A DNA stretch of 64,000 bases, from the NCBI GenBank assembly GCA_036172245.1, contig JAYWIR010000034.1, positions 1,302,001 through 1,366,000 on the forward strand. The letters are read 5' to 3'. The first letter of the stretch is position 1; each line of letters opens with the position of its first letter. A program made the position numbers and the translations under genes. The notes beneath the pieces are model-generated. The model searched no databases. It was not told the DNA's origin and saw only the letters and a list, made by a program, of their open reading frames with translations. This document shows positions 53,401 to 64,000 of the stretch, one piece after another. Origin of the DNA: Raillietiella orientalis (lineage: Eukaryota).

Positions 53401-53830
53401 CCAGCATCCTGCTGGATCCGACGGGCGTCGACGTGGGTGTGTTCTTTTTGTGAGCAGGAGGAGGAGTGAAGGAAGAATGAGAGAAGTGGGCGAAGGGAAG
53501 GGGGAGGCGGAAAACGAAGTAATAGAGGAGAAGAAGAACAGGCGGAAGAAGGAAGGAAAGGAATTGAAGGTTCCTGGAGGACGCCACTCTTCCCCCGAGC
53601 ACGCCCGTTCTCCCGGAGGCAACTTCCGGGTGGCATCTCCACGCTGGAAGCAAACGGGGAACCTGTTTCCCTTCCGAGGAGTCCGAGGCGGGAAGTGCGA
53701 CCTGGAGTACTTCCGGTTTCGCTTGTCACGGTGACTTTCCCGCTCGAGAAATCTCCACGAGGATCAGCAAAGCGCGATGTGGTGCGGGAAAGGGCAATGA
53801 AGGAAATTTCCTTTTCCTTCCTTCCATTTT
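50430..53830 (-). mobile_element. Decayed L1/Tx1-like ORF2 relic B (APE endonuclease, RT, CCHC), ~3.4 kb
   Basis: FIALSRT (~LQET), PRLREI (~SRLD), PDLSP (~SDHxP), FQILRHIL (~YKILAKIL), PFPGKKV (~GFxPGR), SRVRRRALKKRYF (~GVRQGxxLSPxLF), TVYAQE (~YADD), VLPTRSARL, EETVSC. Confidence 0.5.
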
Positions 53831-54899
53831 TCATTTTTCTTCTCGATTCCTCCTCCCCAACTCTCCCGACTCAGAAGAGTGTTACCGGGAGGAAGGCCTC
53901 TGGGAAGGAATTCGGAAGAGGGATGAAAGGAAAGTGCGCCAAGTGGAACGACGGCGGTTCCCCTCCCCTACCCCCACCTCATGTTTTCCTGACCTCTCCC
54001 TCTCCCTGGGAAGTGTTCCCATGCTGTTCGCGAGGGCAGTACTGACCCTACGGAGATCCTGAGGCCAACCATCGTGCTCCTCCCGAAAGGTCGCAGCGGT
54101 TCCAACGCCAGCTTCGATTCCACGTTCTCCTACGAGTCCAGGCGGGAATGAGGCTCGGTTTCCTCCTCCAGGGTTGCTCCACGCTCCGGGATCGCCCGGG
54201 CAGCATTCATGCGTGGAGAGACTGGGAGTTCGAGAAAAGCGCGCCTCACCCCCATTTTCTCCGCCTCGCTACTCAGCCCCCCTTTCTGGGTAGCCCCAGG
54301 GTTTCTTCGTCTTGGGCGGTCCCTTTTGGAAGTGCGTTTGCTGTCACGCTTCCTCCGCTAGGGGGGAGGTCCGAGATGTGGAACGCGCGTAGATCTTCCA
54401 AGAATGCAGCCATGCGGCGACGGGTGCATGCGGCAAGACAGCGCGCGAAAAGCATCCCAAGGACACTCTAAACGTCTGCTGGGAGATGCTGCCCTCCACT
54501 ACATTCTGAGTGGAAAAGTGGTTTGAAAGTTGCGTTGTTTTCCTCGCACTTGAATGAACTGCTCTGCCACGATCTGACCCGTCCTCACCACCACCGTTGG
54601 GAAATTCCCATTCCTCTTATGGAAGATAGGTTCAGCTGCAGTGCCTTGGAAACGTTCTAAGCACAGAGTATCCAACTTGAATTGGGATTATCGGGATAAA
54701 GTGGTGGTTTCCTTGCCCTGGAAGGAAGCAGTGGGAAAGTTGCTCTGACTTTCTGCCTTGTTTCTTGTCAGGTTCGACTTCCTCTGCCTGGAAAAGGGAG
54801 CAGAGACAGTTGGCTCTCGAGCAGTCACACTCTGCAGCGCGAACGGCGCGCAATCCGAAGGTGCAGCAGGGAATCACATGCGTGCGAGCGCGGAAGTTT

Positions 54900-56525
54900 C
54901 AAATTCCGTCAAGAGAAAGCTCCGGACACCGCCATCCACCCCTGTGTGCGTCCATTGTCCCTTCGACCCCTTCCTTCTCCTCCCTGATTCTTTCCTCCCA
55001 CTTGGCCCCTGCCTTGCTTATGTCTGGAACATGGCCGCTGCCAAGATGCCGCACTCAACTGCCTTTGAGCTACTGGAAAAAAGGGGAACCGCTGTTGTTC
55101 GAGCGGAAGGACAGTGAAACCAGTGAGTTGCTTTCCCGACTCAGATGAGCTGCTCCCTGATCCGGTCATCCAATCCTCCGCTAGAGATGCAGTTGGGTGA
55201 GGGAACCGCAATCCGCCTTCCATCAGCACGAAAAGTGCTACAGAACAACAAAATCATTACTGTCGTTCAGGTTTCTTCCTTTGGAGAGGAGGTGAAATCT
55301 TCTGAAGCTTCCAATCTGGGTCGGGAAGATCCTCACTCCTCAACAGCAGCTGCGTGATCTGTATCAAAAATGCTTCTTGCTAGCTCGGATCTTGGATTTC
55401 TCGTCTCATCGGAGAACGGGATGGGTCCTCGCAATCTGATGGCAGATAGCTTTCCATCCTCTGCGTAGGACATCCGGTGGGTGAAGCGGGAAAGCTGCAT
55501 TTCATCCTCCTCTGGCTCTCCCAGTGACACCTAGAATTCCGCTTCGAAGTCTTGCCTTCTGCCTGTGGCAAAAATGGCAGCCAAAGATAATCCCTGATCG
55601 CCTACAGCTTTAGTTCGAAACTTTTCCCGTTAGACTTGGGGACCCATCCTGGATTTTTCCAACTAGTCCGGAACCGAAGGCTAAGCGCCATAGAAACAAG
55701 GGAGGGGGCGAAAAGCAACGGAAGCGCCCACACAGGAGGGGAAAGCAGGCGCTGAGGTTTCTTAAGCAGGGATAGAAAAATGGCATCTTATCAGGACGAC
55801 TTGCTCGATAGCACTCTGAGAAAATCCTTTGAAGGCAAAAATAGCAGCAACGCCACAAGAAATCGCATTTTCTTCTTCGACTGGATTGAGTAAGTAAACA
55901 GCAAACTGCTGGAAAGGTGTCGCTGACCATGCAGGTCATAAGTAAGGCGTCCCTGCCACGTCTTTGCTTTAGGACGCGAGATCGATCATCCTGATTCAGG
56001 TGCTCTCCCAGACGTTCGGGAGCAACATGTTGACGGCGCTTGTAATTGCAATCGCGCCAAACTGTGTGGGAATCAAAAAGCGTTGGCGATTCGACACACA
56101 CGGGGCGATTAAAACGATTTTTTTTTTTTTTTTGGGGGGGGGGGGGGTTAATGCGGGAAATATCGATCCAGGTGAGCGGCAATTACGAGCTCTCGGGAGA
56201 GGAAGTGGCGAATTCGATGGCATGATTTTCGAGAAGGTTCGAGTTGAGGTCGCTGCTTTGATAAGGGAGCCGAAAGCTCCTGCGGGTGCAGCAGCACACA
56301 GACGCGTGGACAAAGGAACAGAAGGCACTTTGTGGTCAAACGTGGACTCTGAAGAGGAAATCGTTTCCACGTCTTCCTTGGTATAAGTGAAAAACGGCTG
56401 CACAGAATCAAAGCTGGAGAGCTTTCCACGCTGCGGACGGGAGCGGTCCTCAGCAAGGAAAGATGGGATGGATCTGGAACCACCAGGTCAGCAACCCGGC
56501 GCAACGAAACATCAGTAAGATCCAC
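54900..56525 (-). mobile_element. Decayed PIF1-family helicase relic (Helentron/Helitron2-like)
   Basis: AAAPAGAFGSLIKAATSTRTF (~APTGxAAxxIxGxTxHS), IVLIAPCVS (~LIIDEISM), FGAIAITSAVNMLLPNV (~FGGxxIxxxGDLxQLPPV), LLTQSSR (~ELTxxMRQ), QQRFPF (~RxQFPL), QGWMAVS (~GQxYVALS). Confidence 0.55.
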
Positions 56526-57559
56526 GAACAGAACATAAACGGAAAGTGGATTCCATTCAACGAGAGCCGGACTCTTGTAAGGTTGTTTTTTTTTTTTTTC
56601 GGAGATTTTCGAAAAAGTTCACTTCAAAGTAATAAGATGGGCAGCCGTTAAAATACGACCTTACGAATACTCCCGAATGTTCCCTTATGCATTTTTCAGT
56701 ATGAGTTCGTTTCATGAGCTTATAGCATATTCATCTTCAATCCGAAAAAAAGAAAGGAAGGAAGCACAAAAAAACGGCATCTGATTCTTACGGAGAAACC
56801 ATGAATTTGAAATTTTCGAAGGCACTAAAGAAAGGGGGAGAAAAAATTGGACTTATTAAAGGGAGACGAGTTACCGAGGAAGCTTTCTACATCAATCTTC
56901 ATGCTTCATCAAAGCATAACCACAAATCTGATAGCAATTATTTTCTTTCCTTCCAGAAAACATTTGCAACATTTCCAGCCTAATTCGAGCTGTCTCGGGA
57001 TGAGATGTATTAATTTGTTAAATTTAAATGAGACGTTATGCAATTCAAAATGAAGGTGAAAATGTCATTTCCTAGGCGACTACAGCATCAGCATACATGG
57101 GAATAATTGATGATAATCAACATTAAAATGAATTCCAAATGCTCACACCTGAGGCATCAGCTCGCACATCAAAAAAGCAGATTACTTTCCCTCATTCAAT
57201 ATCGAATGAATATGCTAATAGAAAAATAATCAATTACTGGATCAGTCACTCAAATGATAGGTTTCTAGCCAAAAAAAAAAAAAGCGGAAAAGAAATGTTT
57301 CAGAGGATTAAGAGGCAGAAAGTGAAGCTAATTAATGCTATAGGGAACGAACATTCCGGTTACTTTAAATACAGAGAGTCTGTTTTCTCCAGACACTGAA
57401 TAGTTGCCATTTCGCGGTGTTAACCCTAAACCTATCAGAGATTCAGAAATCCAAATTTCAGAATGTTGTAAATCACAGCCTAAAAGAATCGAAATTATCA
57501 CACGAATTTCGTTTGCATAGTTTCCCTGGTATGTTTCTTCAGAAAGTTGGGTGTAAATC

Positions 57560-60500
57560 ATAGCATGAGTAGTCGAAAAAATAAGTGTAAGCATTAATCG
57601 AATTGCGAAAACAATTAACCACCAAAGTTTCCAGAAAGGATTTTCAGCAAATCGTGACTTACATACAGAACGCTTCAGCCAGCAATATTGGTAGTATCTC
57701 TTTTGTGGGAACTTCATATTCACAGTGTGAATAAATCAGAACGACGATTACGCTTTCCGTTTCCACGGTTTCCACGCGGGCCCGAAGCTTTCCGAGTGCA
57801 GGCGGTCGGAAAACCGCGTGCCCTTGCGATGTTACCCTGCGTTGCCGCGACAACGTGACGTCGATCGCCCCGTGCTTGTCACTTTTGGCGGAACTATATT
57901 TAGAAGCCAATAATGAGCGGACTCCATTTCGAAGTGGATATCGCATCTGAGTCGGTGTAGGTGTGCTGGCAACAGGCGCGCATGGTACTCCTTTATCGGT
58001 GACCTTGGTGACAGTCCCATCCCACGGATGAGGTGATATCTGAAGCGCCGGTCGCGGGCATATTCGGACTTTTTTTTTGTTTCCGATCTTCTCGAAAAGC
58101 TTTGAGGACAACTTTACTTCGCTTTGGCTTTCCAGTCGGATCGTCCCACGGACGAACCCATCCCGGCCGTAGGGAGTTCGCTCGGCTTTTTTCGGGGTAG
58201 AGCGGACACCCTGTGAATGTGTACAGACCAACGACTGTACGCACGAGTCGGCTCGGAAGGAGATTCGGCCAAGCCGTGAGCGAAATGCCTTCCTGGCCAC
58301 AAGTCTCACTTCGCTCTGGGACTTCGGCAGGGATAATGAGGCTGTTCCAGGCCCGTTGTGAAGAGCCAGCCTTCCCTTCCCTAAATGCAAGCAAGGATGA
58401 AAGACCTTTTTTTCTAAAAGCAAATGGAAAGCTTCGAATTTTCCAGGAGTCGTCCCATGGGAATCGTGTAACATCGTATCGAGAGTTCGGATTTTGATAA
58501 AGACGGAGCTCGGGGCTTTCAAGAGCGGTTCCTTGTCCTTCCTCCATAGGGAAAACTATCTCAGGGACCCTCTGGAATCCTGAATCGGGAACTCCTCGAT
58601 GCCCAGCTCAGGATCTCCAGCTTCAGGAGCAGAGAGCTGGGCGTCTTCGAGCAGCGACCTCATAGCAAAGGTTCTCTCGGATCCTGTGACTACAGTGTTC
58701 CCCCTCCTCAAATGCACGGGAGGGGGAAGCGGGAACCATTTTGCTTTTCCTTTTTCAAAGGCAACATTTACTTGGTTTTTGCCGCTTTCTTGTAGACAGC
58801 GCGTGCATCGATAGCTGGTAATCTCATGGAAGGGGAAAGAGAGAGGAGAGGAAGGGAGGGAAGGAGAAGACAAAGTGGATTCAAGCTTTGATGGAAGGAA
58901 CCGATTCTTCTTTCTAGGCAACTGGAAGTCTCCCGCTCTCTCTGCTCCATTTTTCCTGGTTCCATCTTCTCCCGGGAGAAGCAGGAGGATTAGAAGAAGG
59001 GTTGCCGCCTATGAATCCCTTTGGAAGTGGTTTTCCTCAGGCGGTCGAAGCGGTCCAAAGAAGAGGTGGGTAATTCACATGTCTTGTGCTCGGCTCAGTC
59101 CGACCACGCAGGCTCGTCACACGTGCGATCATCGCAGCCCACCGTTACCTCCAGCGACGAGGGACGCGTTCCGCCAAACTGATCGACATCTCTTGCCTTC
59201 ACACTGCCGTTGGAGCGAGCTCCAATCAGAAACGCGCATGCGCCGTAATCAACAGGTGAGGATCTCTTCAGAAGGAAACGCAAGCCAATGGAAACGCTTC
59301 CAGACGCTGGCTGGCGTCCCGGTAGGGAGGATGATGGCTGGAAAGGGGAAGGGGGAAAGCAAACACACACACACACACAAACACACAGGAAAAAAAGAAA
59401 AGGAAATGGAAAACGAAAAGGAAGAAGAAGAAGAAGAAGCGTAGAGCCTGAAAAATAAATGACCAGGAAGAGAGAGAGAAGGTCACTTACGAGTTGGTTT
59501 CTCTTTATTCTAGGCAAGGAAAAAGGAAAGATTCGACCCCCAGTGGGTGGAGGCAGCAAAGGTCCAAGGGATCCACTCTTCGATCCTTATCGAAAGGAAA
59601 GTTGGAATTTCTTCTTCCGGCAGCCCTACATGGGAAGAGAGACGACATCACTGTGGGAAAGGAAGCAGCATTTTATATTTGCTTCGTTTCTTCTTCAGCT
59701 GCTTTCCATCCGCTCCGCCGACAGTGTGGTCATCGCGATCCGGAATTCATTCCATCGACCCTTTGGGAAGTTTCTGGTGGTGCTGGTCGATTGCAGATGA
59801 CCGAATCTGGAAGACCTCAGCTTTTTCCAATGAAAATAAACTCTTGCTGTGCTTCCAATAGAGCTTCGGGGGGCTGAGCAAGACCAGGGGAGCAACGTTG
59901 CTGCGAAGATCGCTGAGAACATGAGCGTGTTTTCGTGTCTCAGGATAATCGGTCAGAAATGCAGGATTTCGCTGCCCGTTTCGCCTGCCGGGCTTTCAGG
60001 GGTTGCCAAGTTCCTCTGATGGCGTGTGGAGCTCGGACTTCGCGCATGGCAGGCAATGCTTTCCTTGATGATTAGGAGAACAGGAAATTTGACCCCAGCT
60101 TTCCCATGGACTAAGGGAGCAGCTGACCGAAGAAGTGGCTGCCTACAGTAGAGGAGCACGCAGGCTGTTCGAGCGTTCAAAGGAGGGAGCGGAAGGAGAA
60201 ATGGAGGGGGGAGAGGAGGAATGGGAGAAGTGAAGGGCAGATTGAGATTTAATTTGAATTGGCAATTCCTTGCAGCAGACAGATCAGATCACCTTTTTCC
60301 GAAATCGATATACGAGGATTATATTCCAATCCTCCGATCCCGGAAGTAGCATTTCAGGGATGCCAAATGTCGTATTTCCTCTCTCTGCGACCACCACGAC
60401 ACGTGCGTGCCAACATGCTTTTCTTTTGTCTCGTGATGTTACCGGGGCGCTGATGTTCCTTCTTTCTGCCAAGATGAGCAGAATACAAATGAGATTTGTG

Positions 60501-62290
60501 GTCAGGCTGAGATGATGGACCTGGAGAAGATGCCATGTGCTGTTCACCGACAAGAGTCACGAGGAACCGCAGTCTCGGTGCAGCAACGTTCTTACACCAG
60601 TGTGGGGGGCGAGAAAGAAAAAGAATTCTGGCGTTTACAGGGAAGTAGGAAGAGAAAGCAAAAACTTAGGTCTCCAGGAAGCGAAAAGAAGAGGAGGAAG
60701 AATGGAGGGGTCGTGCATTCCGCGCGCTCAAAGATGAAGCCGAACAGGAGGAGGCCACATTCCAGATTGTCTGCATTGCTGTACCCTTTCCTTCACGGCA
60801 AATGGTAGCGAGGGTGAAAGATCCCCATCCTCGAAGACCCGTGTGTATCTCAGCAGAACTGTGCGCTTTTCACCTGACCGTGAGGCGAATTCATGTGGGA
60901 TTCAGATGCCGGAGTGGTGGTTCTTCCCGCACAGGGTGGAAACCAGACAGGTGCCAGTGGAGCGCAACAGCTTGCGGACTAAGAGAAAAGACAGCGATTG
61001 CTCTGATGCTCTCCAAGGTGTCTTTTCAGCTTTGTCCTGTGACGCCGCTTGCATACCATCAGATGTGGCGGGAGCGTTTGATGCAAACGACAAGGTCGCT
61101 GTCAAGTGCGCATCCTCTGGCCCTAGAGGCTCTCCTGCATTTTGTAAAAGGTAAGCAAGCCAGTGAGGTAAGCAAAGGACGGACACAGCAGTAGCTTTCT
61201 TCAGGGGACACCATCACAATCGCGTCACAACACGCGCATGCATGGTTCTGCCGCTTCGAGGGACCGATCTGCCGGAATTATATTGGCAGGCTTCTCGTTT
61301 CTTCTTAGGAAGATTTCATTTATCCGAGATGAGTTCCTGCGAGTTGTTGGGGTTAGGAGGGAAAAACAAAAAAGAAAAAATTGAATAGAGCTGCCTTTTA
61401 GCAATTGAATGTTATGGCTCTTTTAACAGATGACGTTTCAAGATGACCGTGTTGCGGCTCGCTCCCAGCGACGCAGAACCAACAAAAGGTGAGATCCAGT
61501 CTCCTCGTCTCTGCAGACGCAACGCTGTCCCCGGAACGTGAAGGTGCGCCTTCTCGATAAGTTCCTAAGGGGAATACTTGCTGAAATTCCGTCATCGTCA
61601 TCGACTTTCTGCAGGTCTTCCCTTCAACTGAAAAGTTCCCTGGAACGAACTCAGCGAGTCCCTAGTCCCTGCGTTGAAGACAAGAAGTTCAAGATCTGGC
61701 CCCGGAGCTCTTGATCGCCGGTCTGATCTATCAGCGATGCTCTGGACCTCTGGACCGAGCACTGCAACAATATCTGATGGCGAAACTTCTACATCCGCAC
61801 GAAATACCGGTTCGAAGAATCCGTTGTGTGGGTAGGGCGTTCATCGACGCAGGTGCGCATTTTGTCCCTGTGCTCCCAGTATCCGAATCCATGTCTATCG
61901 ATGGGTTCGCATCGTCGTCGTTGAGATTGTCGATTAGGGAGCGAAGCCGGCAGGCACCCAGAATCGGCGAGCGCTGCTTGGTCTGTAGGTGATTCGTCGG
62001 GAGATTTCCCGCTTCAGTCGGCGAGGTTGTCCAGACGTGCTGGAACGGGACGCTTCCTGCTCCAGTGCTGCTCTCATAAGCAAGCACTCCTTGGCTCTGG
62101 ACGGTGCGCTCCTTGGCTCTTACACGACACAGTGGGCTGCCCTCCTCCGCTTCTTCAGCCTGATTTTCCGGCCTTGTCCCCGCACTTTTGCGCACCTCTT
62201 GTGTGCTCCTTTCGAATGCCTCCAGCCGTCGCCTCCAGCTCTTGTCTCTTCGCAGCCGGTCCGCGTTCTGGCGATTCCCCCGGCCTGCGT
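57560..62290 (-). mobile_element. Decayed full-length Helitron RepHel relic (~4.7 kb)
   Basis: More than 12 colinear motifs: Arg-rich N-terminus, RYCC (zinc finger), SNAPAT (~YNAPT), ECGLLLFGFIFE (~GRLFQQFIVD), QRPGNITR (~DRPDxxAR), YRFRKK (~IEFQKR), LVHGKAG (~MVHGPCG), VGLPEEEIPTF (~HLPxEQxVxF), GLRFLL (~YLRLLL), GSERTF (~GTGKTF), GQGTALES (~GGRTAHS), PWDD (~IWDE), LPILLAEAF (~FPVRLAFA). Confidence 0.6.
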
Positions 62291-62369
62291 GTCAACACCA
62301 CCGACCTGTTCTCGGCTGTTCTTCTGGGCGCGCACCCAGTAGAACGGCACGAAATCTCAGCCGTTCTTT

Positions 62370-64000
62370 TTCATTTCAATTTCTTTTTCATGTTTTTTCT
62401 TTTCCTCGCGTAGCAATCAGATCTTTCCCTGAGACCTTGGTTTGTATCTTCGGTTCGCAGATGGCGATTTTTCAAGATCGTTCCATTGCGCGCTCCCAAG
62501 GTGAGCACGGGGAAACGCGAGATTCGCGTTGGTATTCTCACGATAAGATGGAGGAGAAGAGCTGATACGTTGTTTCCTCTCAGTACATCCCGAAAGCAAA
62601 ATTCTGGAAAACCGTCTGGGATAGGTGAAACTTCAGATTGATTGATAATTGCAATCCACTGAAGATTTTCCTCAGCTATCATGGTCCAAGCGACTGGAGA
62701 CCACGGAAGCTGATTTTTTAAGAATGAGATCCAAAATGCTTCTTGCTTTTTATCTTTTTTGTTTCGTATGATCGCTAGGCCTCCCTGTCCTATGAAAACG
62801 ATTAGCTGTGAGACGGAGGCTTAGCTCACTCCTGATTTCGGAAAGGCGTCTTAAGGTGTCCTAAGATGAGATGAGGTCACAGAGGAGACTAGAAGGCTTT
62901 CCATTACTGATCAGAACCGGGAGTAGATGATGCGCGGAGGAGGGGTTCCACTGACGCGCGTGAGGGTGCTCTTCTGCGTGCTGTCGAAGACGGTTTACTG
63001 CCGGGAACCGGACTCATGGTCAAGGGACAGTGGCTAAAACTCTCAGATGTGCTTTGAGGATTGGCCTTTCAGGAAGACTGGTCATTTCCGCAATAGAAAA
63101 GGAACATGGCCTCTTCTGTCGATAGGGAAGCCGGTGAATTTGCGAGGTTGCGCTCCTGCACAAGTAGTTCGACGAGCTGGAAAAAAGACCTTACTAAGTT
63201 GGAGCAGGGTAGAAGGAAGGAATGCATGGACAGGCATCATCCGTCTTCCTTTGTCTAGCCTGCAGCCTAAGGAGCTGAATCTCCCTCCCAATGTTCTTAC
63301 GGCCCTTCCTTAACCGACAGGGGTGTTAGGAATGACTGGAACCTTTCGATGGGATCTTGTAAAAGGCTAAGTTCGCGAGACTCTCTCAACTGTCACAAAG
63401 AGCTGAAGATACTCCAGGACTGGCTGAAGCATGTCGTCTGCAGAGTGGCTCGTAGGGCTCACCTAGAAGTTTCGTAACCTCCACAGAAGAGCTACAGAGT
63501 TTGGTTTGCTGGCCGTGAGGCGATGGACGTGATCAAGTCGTGGATGTTCCTAGAACTCAGAAGCGTTTCGATCGGGAAAACCTTCCTCTCCCTCTGGCGT
63601 TTTGAAGGAGATTCTTCACGAATACGTTCCATTTGATTCTTCTGGTAGGCAGAACTTTTGCTTCAGTTCGAAGGGTCCGTCCGAGGACGCTCTCCTGACG
63701 CAGGTTCTCATCTTGTGCATTAGACAACAATTCCTCGCCTTATGCGTAAGAACATACTTCTTCAAACGGTTCTCAAAAGTCTTATTCATGAAAACCACTT
63801 TTGTTCTTTCCCGGCAGCTTAAGGAAGAACCAAGTGATCCTGAAGTGCTTCAGGTCGAAGTGTGAATGCAGCACTTCACATCTAGTCAACAATTCAACAC
63901 CCGCGGTCAACGAGTGCTCAACTGACAGAACGAGGTCTTGTGCATCGAGTTTTTGTGCCCTTCTTACTCGTAAAAGGCCAAGAGAGCCTCCATGAATGAG
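62370..64000 (-). mobile_element. Decayed Helentron/Helitron2-like Rep (HUH) domain relic, runs off the window edge
   Basis: GVELLTRCEVLHSHF (~RVEFQxRGSPHxH, ~63860-63905), MHKMRTC...KFCLP (~QxHxHxxTC...CRFxFP), KPNSVALLWRLRNF (~YNPxLLxAWRANMD), LEYLQLFVTVE (~YIxxYVTKxE), PERP...LA (~YxxRP...LA). Confidence 0.5.

Noticed and set aside
43300..54500. Many overlapping 100-270 aa ORFs on both strands as novel genes
   Set aside because: Low-complexity R/G/P/S-rich translations expected from GC-rich DNA; no splice-consistent gene model; better explained as decayed TE frames and their antisense.
56483..56506. Helitron 3' end (gccggg...CTGG|T on the minus strand)
   Set aside because: No complementary hairpin arm, and the same bases translate plausibly as the start of the helicase relic.
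61731..62195. Academ-type Cys-rich C-terminus (ISCGC...CC)
   Set aside because: Flanking motifs fit the Helitron N-terminal zinc finger and continue colinearly for 4 kb.
1..64000. CRISPR arrays, rRNA, prokaryotic operons
   Set aside because: No regularly spaced repeats or rRNA-like sequence; genes are spliceosomal-intron eukaryotic genes.

Overview
Eukaryotic (metazoan, probably arthropod/ecdysozoan-like) genomic DNA. A compact AT-rich island of five spliced housekeeping genes with very short introns (mostly 37-52 nt) lies at ~10-31 kb: a MORN2-like gene, pyruvate dehydrogenase E2 (DLAT), SF3B6/p14, UNC-45 and a tamozhennic/SPATA2-like gene. Most of the remaining sequence has no real genes. 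Six-frame reading by eye shows it is a dense stack of very old, heavily substituted transposon coding relics that still keep their motifs in the expected order: Gypsy/Ginger integrase, P-like, hAT, piggyBac, pogo/Tigger, Tc1-like, Penelope-like, several non-LTR retrotransposons, and a Helitron apparently nested inside a Helentron. The most striking pattern is orientation. About 10 of 11 relics in 33.5-64 kb and all 4 in 1-9 kb lie on the minus strand, packed head to tail, which resembles a flamenco-like unistrand piRNA cluster (hypothesis). There is also a tRNA-headed SINE-like insertion ending in a long hairpin. Host gene calls are well supported. Transposon relic assignments rest on degenerate motif matches made by eye, have approximate boundaries, and need HMM confirmation.
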